NCBI GenBank assembly: GCA_002793885.1 | Contig: PFEG01000041.1 | Coordinates: forward strand, 1 to 35,561 | DNA length: 35,561 nt | Direction: 5' to 3' | DNA from: Candidatus Saccharibacteria bacterium CG10_big_fil_rev_8_21_14_0_10_47_8 | GTDB taxonomy: Bacteria > Patescibacteriota > Saccharimonadia > Saccharimonadales > UBA10212 | Shown here: piece by piece, positions 8,627 to 15,641 of the stretch | Layout: each line of letters starts with the position of its first letter | How positions within the stretch are numbered: the stretch's first letter is position 1 | Position numbers and translations under genes: made by a program | The notes under the pieces: model-generated | Database searches by the model: none | Seen by the model: only the letters and a program-made list of their open reading frames with translations | Told to the model about the DNA's origin: nothing

Positions 8627-8640
8627 TTATGGCTGCATCA

Positions 8641-8762
8641 CTCCATTGCACATTGCATATTGCACATTTATCATTGATTGATCATTTTACATTTACCAGG
8701 TTCGAAAAGGGCCAAGTGGCAAATGCCAAATCATCAAAAATTGTAAACTGTAAATTGATAAC
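8641..8762. repeat. AT-rich reiterated-word intergenic element A (nusG-rplK spacer)
   Basis: CATTGCA/TATTGCA heptads in tandem at 8644-8664, TGGCAAATGCCA near-palindrome, AAATTGTAAA at 8738-8747 and TGTAAATT at 8749-8756. It shares these words with element B at 20015-20150. Confidence 0.4.
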
Positions 8763-8786
8763 TAAGCAGACGAAAGGAGGCGTATA

Positions 8787-9215
8787 GTGGCTAAAGAAGT
8801 TAAGGCAAGTTTAAAACTAAAAATTAGAGGCGGGCAGGCCAGTGCCGCGCCGCCGGTTGGCTCAACGCTGGGCCAGTATGGCGTTAACATGATGGATTTT
8901 ATTAACCCGTTTAACGAAGAAACCAAAGACCGTATGGGCCAGAATCTAACGGTTCACGTATCTATTTATGAGGACCGAACCATGAGCTGGCGAGTTGTTG
9001 GGACGCCTACCGACGAGTTGATTCTATCGGCACTTAAAGTAGATAAAGGGTCCGGTGAACCAAACAAGATAAAGCTAGATAAAAAGCTAAGTGACGCTCA
9101 GTTAACTGAGATTGCTGAGGCCAAAGCCGGCGATATGAATACAGAAGATATTGATGCGGTTAAGAAAATGGTTGTCGGCACAGCTCGCAGTATGGGCATA
9201 GAAATCGAGAGCTAA
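8787..9215 (+). CDS. rplK: 50S ribosomal protein L11
   Basis: GTG start after AAAGGAGG. KLKIRGGQASAAPPVGSTLGQYGVNMMDF is a canonical L11 N-terminal domain. Confidence 0.95.
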   Translation: MAKEVKASLKLKIRGGQASAAPPVGSTLGQYGVNMMDFINPFNEETKDRMGQNLTVHVSIYEDRTMSWRVVGTPTDELILSALKVDKGSGEPNKIKLDKKLSDAQLTEIAEAKAGDMNTEDIDAVKKMVVGTARSMGIEIES

Positions 9216-9227
9216 AGAGTTTTTAGG

Positions 9228-9506
9228 ATGGCAGATTCAACAGAACGCACAATAGGAAACCTTGGTAGTGAGCAAAGAATACGCTCAATACAGAGTGGGG
9301 AAGAACTCCAAGGCCGACCACTAGGGGAAATAGTCGAGTACGCTGGTAACGTTTTGCATTTTGCTCTTGAGGGTCGCTCTTCTGAGGAAATTGCAACGGT
9401 AGGACACAGAATCATTGAGGTACTCAGGCACATGATAGCTGAGCAGGAGCCAGTAGAGCAAAAGTCAGTTGAGCAGTTATCATCCCATGCCGACGACGTG
9501 TATTAA
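9228..9506 (+). CDS. Small acidic hypothetical protein inserted between rplK and rplA
   Basis: 92-aa ORF filling most of the 355-nt rplK-rplA spacer. It has a weak, tightly spaced SD (AGGATG) and no recognised family. Coding status is uncertain. Confidence 0.4.
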   Translation: MADSTERTIGNLGSEQRIRSIQSGEELQGRPLGEIVEYAGNVLHFALEGRSSEEIATVGHRIIEVLRHMIAEQEPVEQKSVEQLSSHADDVY

Positions 9507-9570
9507 ATATAACTAAATTAAGTATGTGGGAGAGCTTTAAAAGCTCGCTAACACCACGGAAGGATACGAA

Positions 9571-10578
9571 ATGACCAAGAAAGAAGAACAGATCACAGAA
9601 ACCGAAATAAAAGAAACAAAGCAAGCAAGTGTCAAAGCCGTTTCAAAAAAGCTTGCAGTTAAAAAGCTAAAGACCGACAAGGTTGTCGAAATACAGGCCA
9701 CCGAAGAGATTGTTGAGCAAACCGATGCGAAAGACACCGATAAACCATCGGAGCCTTTGGCAAAATCGGGTAAGCGAAGCGCCCAGGCTCTCGAAGAAGC
9801 CCAAGAGAAAAAAGCTAAAGAAACTCGCAAAGCCAAAAAAACAACAACTGAAAGTCAAGAAGCTAAAAAGTCCACAAAAAAGCCAACCCGCTCAAAGTTG
9901 GAACGGGCTGGTAAAAAATTCAGAGAAGCCGCCAAGCTGGTTGATAAGTCAAAAACTTACACCTTGGTTGAAGCCTTAGAATTAGCTACAAAGACCAGCC
10001 CAACAAAATTTGACGCGACTGTTGAGCTGCACATTAACTTAAATGTTGACCCCAAGCAGGCTGATCAAAATATCCGCGGTGTAGTGGCCCTGCCGGCTGG
10101 AACTGGTAAGCCTGTCCGCGTAGCGGTTCTGGCCGATGCGGACGACGCAGGTAAGGCTCAAAAGGCCGGGGCAGATATTGTCGGCAGCGATGAGCTGTTT
10201 CAACAGTTAGACAAAGAGAACATAAACTTTGATGTGCTAATAGCTACCCCCGCGTTAATGCAGCGATTGAGTAAATACGCCCGTTTGCTTGGGCCGCGCG
10301 GACTGATGCCCAATCCTAAAAGCGGAACAGTAACTGCCGATGTAGCAAAAGCCGTAGCCGAAGCCAAAGCCGGCCGGGTAGAATACCGGGTGGACAGCAA
10401 CGGCATAATCCACCTGGGTATTGGAAAGGTAGGCTTTGGGGCGAGTAAACTTACGCAAAACGCCGAGGCTGTAATAGCTAGCATACGGGCTGCTAAGCCG
10501 GCCGGTTTAAAGAGTACCTACATTAAGTCTCTGTACATCTCAAGCACCATGGGCCCTAGTATCAATACACAGCCCTAA
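9571..10578 (+). CDS. rplA: 50S ribosomal protein L1 with ~110-aa Lys/Glu-rich N-terminal extension
   Basis: From about residue 113, [26 protein letters not shown] matches the canonical L1 N-terminus. The first ~110 residues are low-complexity K/E/T-rich. A good SD (GGAAGGA) precedes ATG 9571. Confidence 0.9.
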   Translation: MTKKEEQITETEIKETKQASVKAVSKKLAVKKLKTDKVVEIQATEEIVEQTDAKDTDKPSEPLAKSGKRSAQALEEAQEKKAKETRKAKKTTTESQEAKKSTKKPTRSKLERAGKKFREAAKLVDKSKTYTLVEALELATKTSPTKFDATVELHINLNVDPKQADQNIRGVVALPAGTGKPVRVAVLADADDAGKAQKAGADIVGSDELFQQLDKENINFDVLIATPALMQRLSKYARLLGPRGLMPNPKSGTVTADVAKAVAEAKAGRVEYRVDSNGIIHLGIGKVGFGASKLTQNAEAVIASIRAAKPAGLKSTYIKSLYISSTMGPSINTQP

Positions 10579-10667
10579 GCAACCCATAAAACCACAACGA
10601 GTTGACGCTTGCGGCTAGTTGTAATTATCAGTTAGACTATTAATATAAGGAGTTAGGGGCGTATTTA

Positions 10668-11372
10668 ATGGCGGTATTTAGTAACAAGCAAATTCGTGAA
10701 GCCATTAAGAGTGGCCACATTATCTGCCACCCCCTGGTTGATAGCTATATTGCTGGCAGTAGTTTAGATGTGACACTCGGATACTGGTTCTACCGGACCG
10801 AAAGGACCGGCAGCAGCGGTTTCTATAACCCATTCGATAAAAGCGACGTCGATCGTTACTTTGACGGACCCTATAAAGCCGAAGCCCACGAAAAGTGGGC
10901 TAGCATTAACGGCCGAAAGCTATTTAAAGGTATACCCCCGAAGCATCCAATAATCGTGTTAAGGCCAGGCGAGAGAATTCTTGCCCATACCCATGAGTTC
11001 ATAGGTATAAAAGCTCCAGGCACTAGCACTATGCAAGCTCGTAGTACGTGGGGCCGCAGTGGTATATCGGCCTGTTTGGACGCCGGTTGGGGAGACCCCG
11101 GATATATTAACCGCTGGACAATGGAAATATATAATATGAACCAGCATGAGAGCGTGGCCATACCTGTTGGAGAACGAATTGCCCAGATGGTTTTTTACGA
11201 AACCGGCCCTGTCGAAGGCGAATACGCAAAACTAAGTGGCAAATACCAATCCGGGAGGGGTACCGAGCTTTCAAAAATAATTAAAACGTGGACTCCGGGG
11301 CAGCTGCTGCCGAGAGCATATAAAGATAGCCGAACAATGCCGTTGAAAATTAAAGGTTTAAAGATTCTGTAG
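10668..11372 (+). CDS. dcd: dCTP deaminase family protein (dUTPase superfamily)
   Basis: The N-terminus (NKQIREAIKSGHIICHP...GSSLDVTLG) and the ARSTWGRSGISACLDAGWGDPGY...EIYN core match Dcd/Dcd-Dut proteins. Confidence 0.8.
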   Translation: MAVFSNKQIREAIKSGHIICHPLVDSYIAGSSLDVTLGYWFYRTERTGSSGFYNPFDKSDVDRYFDGPYKAEAHEKWASINGRKLFKGIPPKHPIIVLRPGERILAHTHEFIGIKAPGTSTMQARSTWGRSGISACLDAGWGDPGYINRWTMEIYNMNQHESVAIPVGERIAQMVFYETGPVEGEYAKLSGKYQSGRGTELSKIIKTWTPGQLLPRAYKDSRTMPLKIKGLKIL

Positions 11373-11404
11373 GTGGATATGCAGGCGTTACTAAAGGATA
11401 AAGC

Positions 11405-13414
11405 ATGCAAAACCACCCCGGAATATTTATAGTCATAGAAGGCTCAGACGGGTCTGGTAAAACAACTCAATTTAACCTGCTGAAGGAGCGTCTTGAAGCA
11501 GTCGGTTATGATGTTGAAGTATTTAAATTTCCACAATATGACCAGGACTCTAGTCACTTTGTGCGTCGCTATTTGAATGGTGACTATGGCCCCGCCAGTG
11601 ATATTAATCCATATACAGCCTCCTTGTTTTACGCGCTAGATCGTTTTGAAGGAGCTCCACGGATTAGAAAAGCTCTTGAAGCAAGCAAGGTTGTACTGTC
11701 CGACAGGTATGCTGGCGCCAATATGGCTCACCAAGGGTCAAAATTCGCTAGTGCCGCCGAAAAACGTGGCTTTTTTATCTGGGCTGATAGCATGGAATTT
11801 CAATTACTGGGCATCCCGCGGCCGAATATAAATATATACCTGAGAGTACCGGCGGAAGTGTCGTTTGAGTTAATTGCAAAACGAGCAGCACGTAGCTACA
11901 CCGATAAAACACATGATGAGCATGAAGCCGATATCAATCATCTAAAACAAGCCGTTGAAACCTATGATTTACTGTGCCAGTTATTCCCCAAGGACTTCTA
12001 TGCCGTTGACTGTACCGATGGCGGACAAATGCTTAGTATTCCGACAATCAATGATCACATATGGCAGTATTTGCAGCCGTTTTTGAGTAGTATGCCTAAA
12101 CATCAACCGCACAGTAAAACAGTCAGACTGAGTGGCCCTCCAATCCCCGAGTCGCAGGACAATCGCGGACCCGGCATAACTAATTTTGATATTGACATCC
12201 AAGGCCAGCCGCTTAAGATTAAGTTGAATCATCTTAGCCTTTTAGCGGCCCGCAACTTGGTGGCAACCATGGGTATAGATGCCCAACTGAGGCTTAGTAA
12301 GAAAACAGCTGTTTACGAGCCCAAGCTCCATAGCCAGCAACTTCTCAAACGCTATAGGCAGATTATGGCAGAAACCATCGCGCGCCATCAATTAATGCTA
12401 AAGCTCTTACAAAAATCTAATAAAACTAACTCTAAGCCAACAGGCGTACTACTAGCAGCCACGCCTTTAGCATATTTTTGTGATGTTGACATCCGGGGTG
12501 AATCATCTGCACTACAAAAATTAATTATAGAAATGTCTGATTCGAAGTTAGCTGAGCTTGGTATGATAAGCCAGACTTTGTACTCTTCGGCACACAAAAA
12601 ACGCCCGAACGATTTTAAAACTCCAGAAATCCAAAAGTTAAAACAAGTGTTTAGCGATAACACTAACAACATGGTTGGCAAGTTACCCCAAACGTTGGGC
12701 AACCCCGATACTCTGCTCCGGCTTATCGCAGCCCGGCCGCGCAACGAGTTCGATCTAATAAATGATGCCGTCTACAAAAACAGTTCGCTCGACAGATCAG
12801 AAGTTTTATCGGCTATTGATAATCTTAGCTACGAACTAAAAACAGAATTACTAAAGCATTACTTCGAAGCGCTTGAATCTGAACCTAGTACGGCCCAAGC
12901 GATCAGCTACGAGTGGGAAATGCTAGCCAGCGGAGTAACCCTAGACTATCTCCTCCGAAACAGGCTGTTAGACCGGGTAATTTTGCAGTCGGCAACCCCA
13001 CGCTATGGCTACGAAGTCCCCGATTGGGTGAGCAGTGCCGGTATCGAGGAGCTATTTACTGAATGTTTCGATGATAGCCTGACTTTATTTAGCGAGTTGC
13101 AATCCGGCGGCCATGAAGAAGAAGCCCAGTACGCCGTGTTGATGGGCCACCGGCTTAGATGGCAGGTAACCATGTCGCTTAACAAAATTCTACGTTTTAA
13201 AGTCTTAACTGGTGACTCTAATTGTCCTGCCGAAGCCAAGTCCTTGTATGAATCCATGCAGCTGGCAATCAGCCAGACTCATCCGTTAATCGGAGAGTGG
13301 CTAATAGCCCAGGAAACCCCGAGACAACTCAGAACGGCTACTACACCGAAAGTTAATAGAGCCGCAAGGCACCAAAAAAAGCACCCTAAAAAACCGACCC
13401 AGGATAACTTGTAA
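11405..13414 (+). CDS. tmk: Thymidylate kinase fused to a ~410-aa tandem ThyX-like (flavin-dependent thymidylate synthase-like) region
   Basis: The N-terminal Tmk shows P-loop IVIEGSDGSGKTTQ and DRY motif (LSDRYAGANMAHQ). The C-terminal half shows ThyX-like blocks: YEWEMLASGVTLDYLLRNRLLDRVILQSATPRY matches the RHR...S.RY motif, and AQYAVLMGHRLRWQVTMSLNKILRF matches ARxxLPxxxxTxxxxTxNxRxLxxF. A more degenerate copy lies upstream (LKIKLNHLSLLAARNL; LLAATPLAYFCDVDIRGESSALQKLI). Confidence 0.75.
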   Translation: MQNHPGIFIVIEGSDGSGKTTQFNLLKERLEAVGYDVEVFKFPQYDQDSSHFVRRYLNGDYGPASDINPYTASLFYALDRFEGAPRIRKALEASKVVLSDRYAGANMAHQGSKFASAAEKRGFFIWADSMEFQLLGIPRPNINIYLRVPAEVSFELIAKRAARSYTDKTHDEHEADINHLKQAVETYDLLCQLFPKDFYAVDCTDGGQMLSIPTINDHIWQYLQPFLSSMPKHQPHSKTVRLSGPPIPESQDNRGPGITNFDIDIQGQPLKIKLNHLSLLAARNLVATMGIDAQLRLSKKTAVYEPKLHSQQLLKRYRQIMAETIARHQLMLKLLQKSNKTNSKPTGVLLAATPLAYFCDVDIRGESSALQKLIIEMSDSKLAELGMISQTLYSSAHKKRPNDFKTPEIQKLKQVFSDNTNNMVGKLPQTLGNPDTLLRLIAARPRNEFDLINDAVYKNSSLDRSEVLSAIDNLSYELKTELLKHYFEALESEPSTAQAISYEWEMLASGVTLDYLLRNRLLDRVILQSATPRYGYEVPDWVSSAGIEELFTECFDDSLTLFSELQSGGHEEEAQYAVLMGHRLRWQVTMSLNKILRFKVLTGDSNCPAEAKSLYESMQLAISQTHPLIGEWLIAQETPRQLRTATTPKVNRAARHQKKHPKKPTQDNL

Positions 13415-13416
13415 TC

Positions 13417-13550
13417 CTGACCCACACTCACTTTTTAACCTGAGATACCTCTACCCCTGTTAAGCAATTACATAAAATATCCGATCGGATCAAATATGTA
13501 ATTTTAACAGATAAAAAGCAAGATATACTTAAAAAAGTGAGTGGGGTCAT
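13417..13550. mobile_element. MITE-like 134-bp inverted-repeat element flanked by 9-bp direct repeats
   Basis: CTTGTAATC occurs at 13408-13416 and 13551-13559. The terminal inverted repeats are CTGACCCACACTCACTTTTTAA (13417-13438) and TTAAAAAAGTGAGTGGGGTCAT (13529-13550). Nested inner inverted repeats are TGTTAA/TTAACA, AATTACATA/TATGTAATT and the central palindrome ATCCGATCGGAT. Confidence 0.4.
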
Positions 13551-13676
13551 CTTGTAATCTGTGGCCAGGTTTGTTAAAATTGTACTTAAGATTACCAAAG
13601 ACAGTAGCTTTCGCTCAAAAGGCGGATTAATTCGCTATCGAGGTTGCAATGTAGAATTATAGGTTCTAATCGCTCC

Positions 13677-13708
13677 AACTTTGGTGTATCTAACCAAAGT
13701 TTTTTTAT
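13677..13708 (+). terminator. Terminator/attenuator hairpin in the rplJ leader
   Basis: AACTTTGGT (13677-13685) pairs with ACCAAAGTT (13693-13701), followed by a T-run. It lies about 65 nt upstream of the rplJ start, consistent with an L10-leader-type attenuator or the terminator of the tmk fusion gene. Confidence 0.5.
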
Positions 13709-13771
13709 TGGCAGATAAGTGAAAACAGCCCCTTCACAACCTGGTAATAATCAGATTAAGGAGATTAATTA

Positions 13772-14299
13772 ATGGCTCTAAGTAAACAGAAAAAGTCAGA
13801 CATAGTATCTGAGGTCAGCGATCTGCTGGCACGTTCAAAGCTGACCGTTATCGCAAGGTACAAGGGTACGCCCGTCAAAGCCATGCAACAGCTGCGTAAA
13901 GAGGCCTACGAAAACCACACGCAGGTGATGGTCATTAAAAACCGATTGGTTAAAAAAGCCATCGAGCAAAGCCCCACCTTCAAGGATATTGATACAAATA
14001 TCCTGCAAGGACAGCTACTGTACGCTTTTAGCGGGGAAGACGAAGTGGCTCCAGCCCAATCGCTGGCGAATTTCGCCAAACAGGAACCACAAATTGAATT
14101 TGTCGGCGCCTTAACGGCCGAAGGGCAATTGCTAGCGCCCCAAGATGTTAGCGCCTTGGCCCAACTGCCCAGTAAAGACCAATTGCGCGGCATATTGGCC
14201 GGTACTATCGCCGCTCCGCTTAGCAGTTTTGTAAGTGTGGCATCGGGTAATATTCGAGGCGTGCTAAACGTCCTGACCGCCCGAGCTGAAGCGATTTAA
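13772..14299 (+). CDS. rplJ: 50S ribosomal protein L10
   Basis: 175-aa ORF after TAAGGAG with an L10-like N-terminus (KKSDIVSEVSDLLARSKLTVIARYKGTPV), positioned upstream of rplL. Confidence 0.9.
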   Translation: MALSKQKKSDIVSEVSDLLARSKLTVIARYKGTPVKAMQQLRKEAYENHTQVMVIKNRLVKKAIEQSPTFKDIDTNILQGQLLYAFSGEDEVAPAQSLANFAKQEPQIEFVGALTAEGQLLAPQDVSALAQLPSKDQLRGILAGTIAAPLSSFVSVASGNIRGVLNVLTARAEAI

Positions 14300-14331
14300 T
14301 CAGATAAGCAAGTTAAATAAGGAGATAAATT

Positions 14332-14763
14332 ATGGCCGAAAGTGAAGCCAAAGAGACAAAGAAAGAATCAAAGGTAGAAGTTCCTAAAGAGTTCGCGACT
14401 CTAGTGGAACAGTTGGACAAACTAAGCGCGCTAGAAATTAGCAAGTTCGTAAAGTTTTTAGAGGAGTACTGGAATGTTAGCGCGGCCGCACCCGCAATTG
14501 CCATAGCTGCCCCGGCAGGCGGCGATAATGGTGCCCCGGCTGCCGACGAAAAAAGCGAATATGACGTAATCCTTAAAGATGCCGGCGCCCAAAAGGTAGC
14601 CGTCATCAAGGCCGTCAAGGATATCACCGGCCTGGGACTAGGTGAATCTAAAGCTATCGTGGATAGCGTGCCCAAGGCTGTCAAAGAGAAGATTGCCAAA
14701 GACGAGGCTGAATCTATCAAAAAAACTCTTGAAGATGTTGGCGCTACCGCAGAGTTAGCTTAA
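14332..14763 (+). CDS. rplL: 50S ribosomal protein L7/L12
   Basis: Ala-rich hinge and canonical C-terminal domain ([51 protein letters not shown]). Confidence 0.95.
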   Translation: MAESEAKETKKESKVEVPKEFATLVEQLDKLSALEISKFVKFLEEYWNVSAAAPAIAIAAPAGGDNGAPAADEKSEYDVILKDAGAQKVAVIKAVKDITGLGLGESKAIVDSVPKAVKEKIAKDEAESIKKTLEDVGATAELA

Positions 14764-14786
14764 AAACTAACCAACAAAATTTCTCA

Positions 14787-14823
14787 AATACCCCGAGGGG
14801 ACAGCCTTTCGGGGTATTTTTGA
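14787..14823 (+). terminator. Rho-independent terminator after rplL
   Basis: AATACCCCGA (14787-14796) pairs with TCGGGGTATT (14809-14818), followed by TTTTT. Confidence 0.75.
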
Positions 14824-14951
14824 TACCTAGGTTGCCGTATTTATCCACAGACTAGCTACTTGACACTTTGACTTGGAATACTAACTATGGTAATTTTGGG
14901 GTAGTTGAGGCCAAACAAAGATTTTAAGAGGCTGGGAGTCACCAAGCAACA

Positions 14952-15464
14952 ATGGCAGAGTTACCTGACAAACAAATAAAGCGACTAAGGACTTTAATTG
15001 CTGAAGCAGAGACCAGTTTGGCCGCTGCTAAAGAGTTATTGGTGAGCCTGGTAGGCGACGATCCGGTCTTGCTCGACAAGGTGAAAGATACTTCTATGGG
15101 CAAGGTAATAGAAGGTGTTTTTGATGGCCAGACAATGGTTGGTTCCGATGGCAAAACCTATCCGGTGCCAGCCAATTACGCCAGCAAGTCAAAGCTCGTC
15201 CAGGGTGATATTTTAAAACTGACCATCGCTGATGATGGGGCGTTTATGTACAAGCAAATCGGCCCGATTCCCAGAAAACAGATCGTCGGCGTGCTTAACC
15301 AAAAAGACGGCCACTATTTCGTGGACACTAGCGATAAAAAATATCGGGTACTGCTGGCTAGCGTTACATACTTCAAGGCTAAACCCGGGGATCAGGTAAG
15401 CATAAACGTGCCGGAAGACGACAGCGTTAACGCCGAGTGGGCCGCCTTAGAAGCAGCCCTGTAG
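14952..15464 (+). CDS. Hypothetical protein (coiled-coil N-terminus, beta-rich C-terminus)
   Basis: 170-aa ORF with normal-looking codon usage, occupying the position where rpoB usually follows rplL. No recognised family. Confidence 0.6.
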   Translation: MAELPDKQIKRLRTLIAEAETSLAAAKELLVSLVGDDPVLLDKVKDTSMGKVIEGVFDGQTMVGSDGKTYPVPANYASKSKLVQGDILKLTIADDGAFMYKQIGPIPRKQIVGVLNQKDGHYFVDTSDKKYRVLLASVTYFKAKPGDQVSINVPEDDSVNAEWAALEAAL

Positions 15465-15524
15465 CTTTTGACTATTGCACAACGCCTATTAGCCGCTTCC
15501 TAAGGTATACTTAGCGTCTATATA

Positions 15525-15622
15525 GGGGCAGGCCCAGTAGTAGACTTTCGCGTTGTCCGTCTTGGGCGGGCCTAGCAGTCGACAGTAAGTCGACTGGTCG
15601 CGAAAGCTCACTACTGGGCAAG
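15525..15622 (+). ncRNA. Structured RNA candidate upstream of dnaX, possibly a small SRP (4.5S-like) RNA
   Basis: A long basal helix pairs GCCCAGTAGTAGACTTTCGCG (15532-15552) with CGCGAAAGCTCACTACTGGGC (15599-15619). The interior contains CCGUC...GGGCGGGCCU-AGCAG, with AGCAG resembling the conserved SRP domain IV 3' strand, and an apical hairpin CAGTCGAC-AGTAA-GTCGACTG. The position upstream of dnaX matches ffs/scr synteny in many bacteria. No canonical GGAA tetraloop was seen. Confidence 0.35.
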
Positions 15623-15641
15623 CGTTATAATGGAGGCGTAA

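Noticed and set aside
8644-8664. Tandem CATTGCA heptads, which raised the possibility of a CRISPR array or satellite.
   Set aside because: There are only three 7-nt units with no spacers and no cas genes. They are treated as part of the AT-rich intergenic element instead.
14313-14720. A 135-aa antisense ORF opposite rplL. Similar shadow ORFs lie at 9537..9836(-), 9667..9858(-) and 9683..9979(+) within the rplA extension, 17632..18015(-) in dnaB, 31238..31612(-) and 31778..32197(-).
   Set aside because: All lie inside strongly supported genes on the other strand or in another frame. They have low-complexity or Ala/Ser/Lys-biased translations and no SD, so they are typical frame shadows.
14841-14849. 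A perfect DnaA box TTATCCACA after rplL, which raised the possibility of a replication origin.
   Set aside because: Only a single box was seen, with no cluster, no AT-rich unwinding element pattern, and no dnaA or dnaN nearby. A chance occurrence or an isolated regulatory site is more likely.
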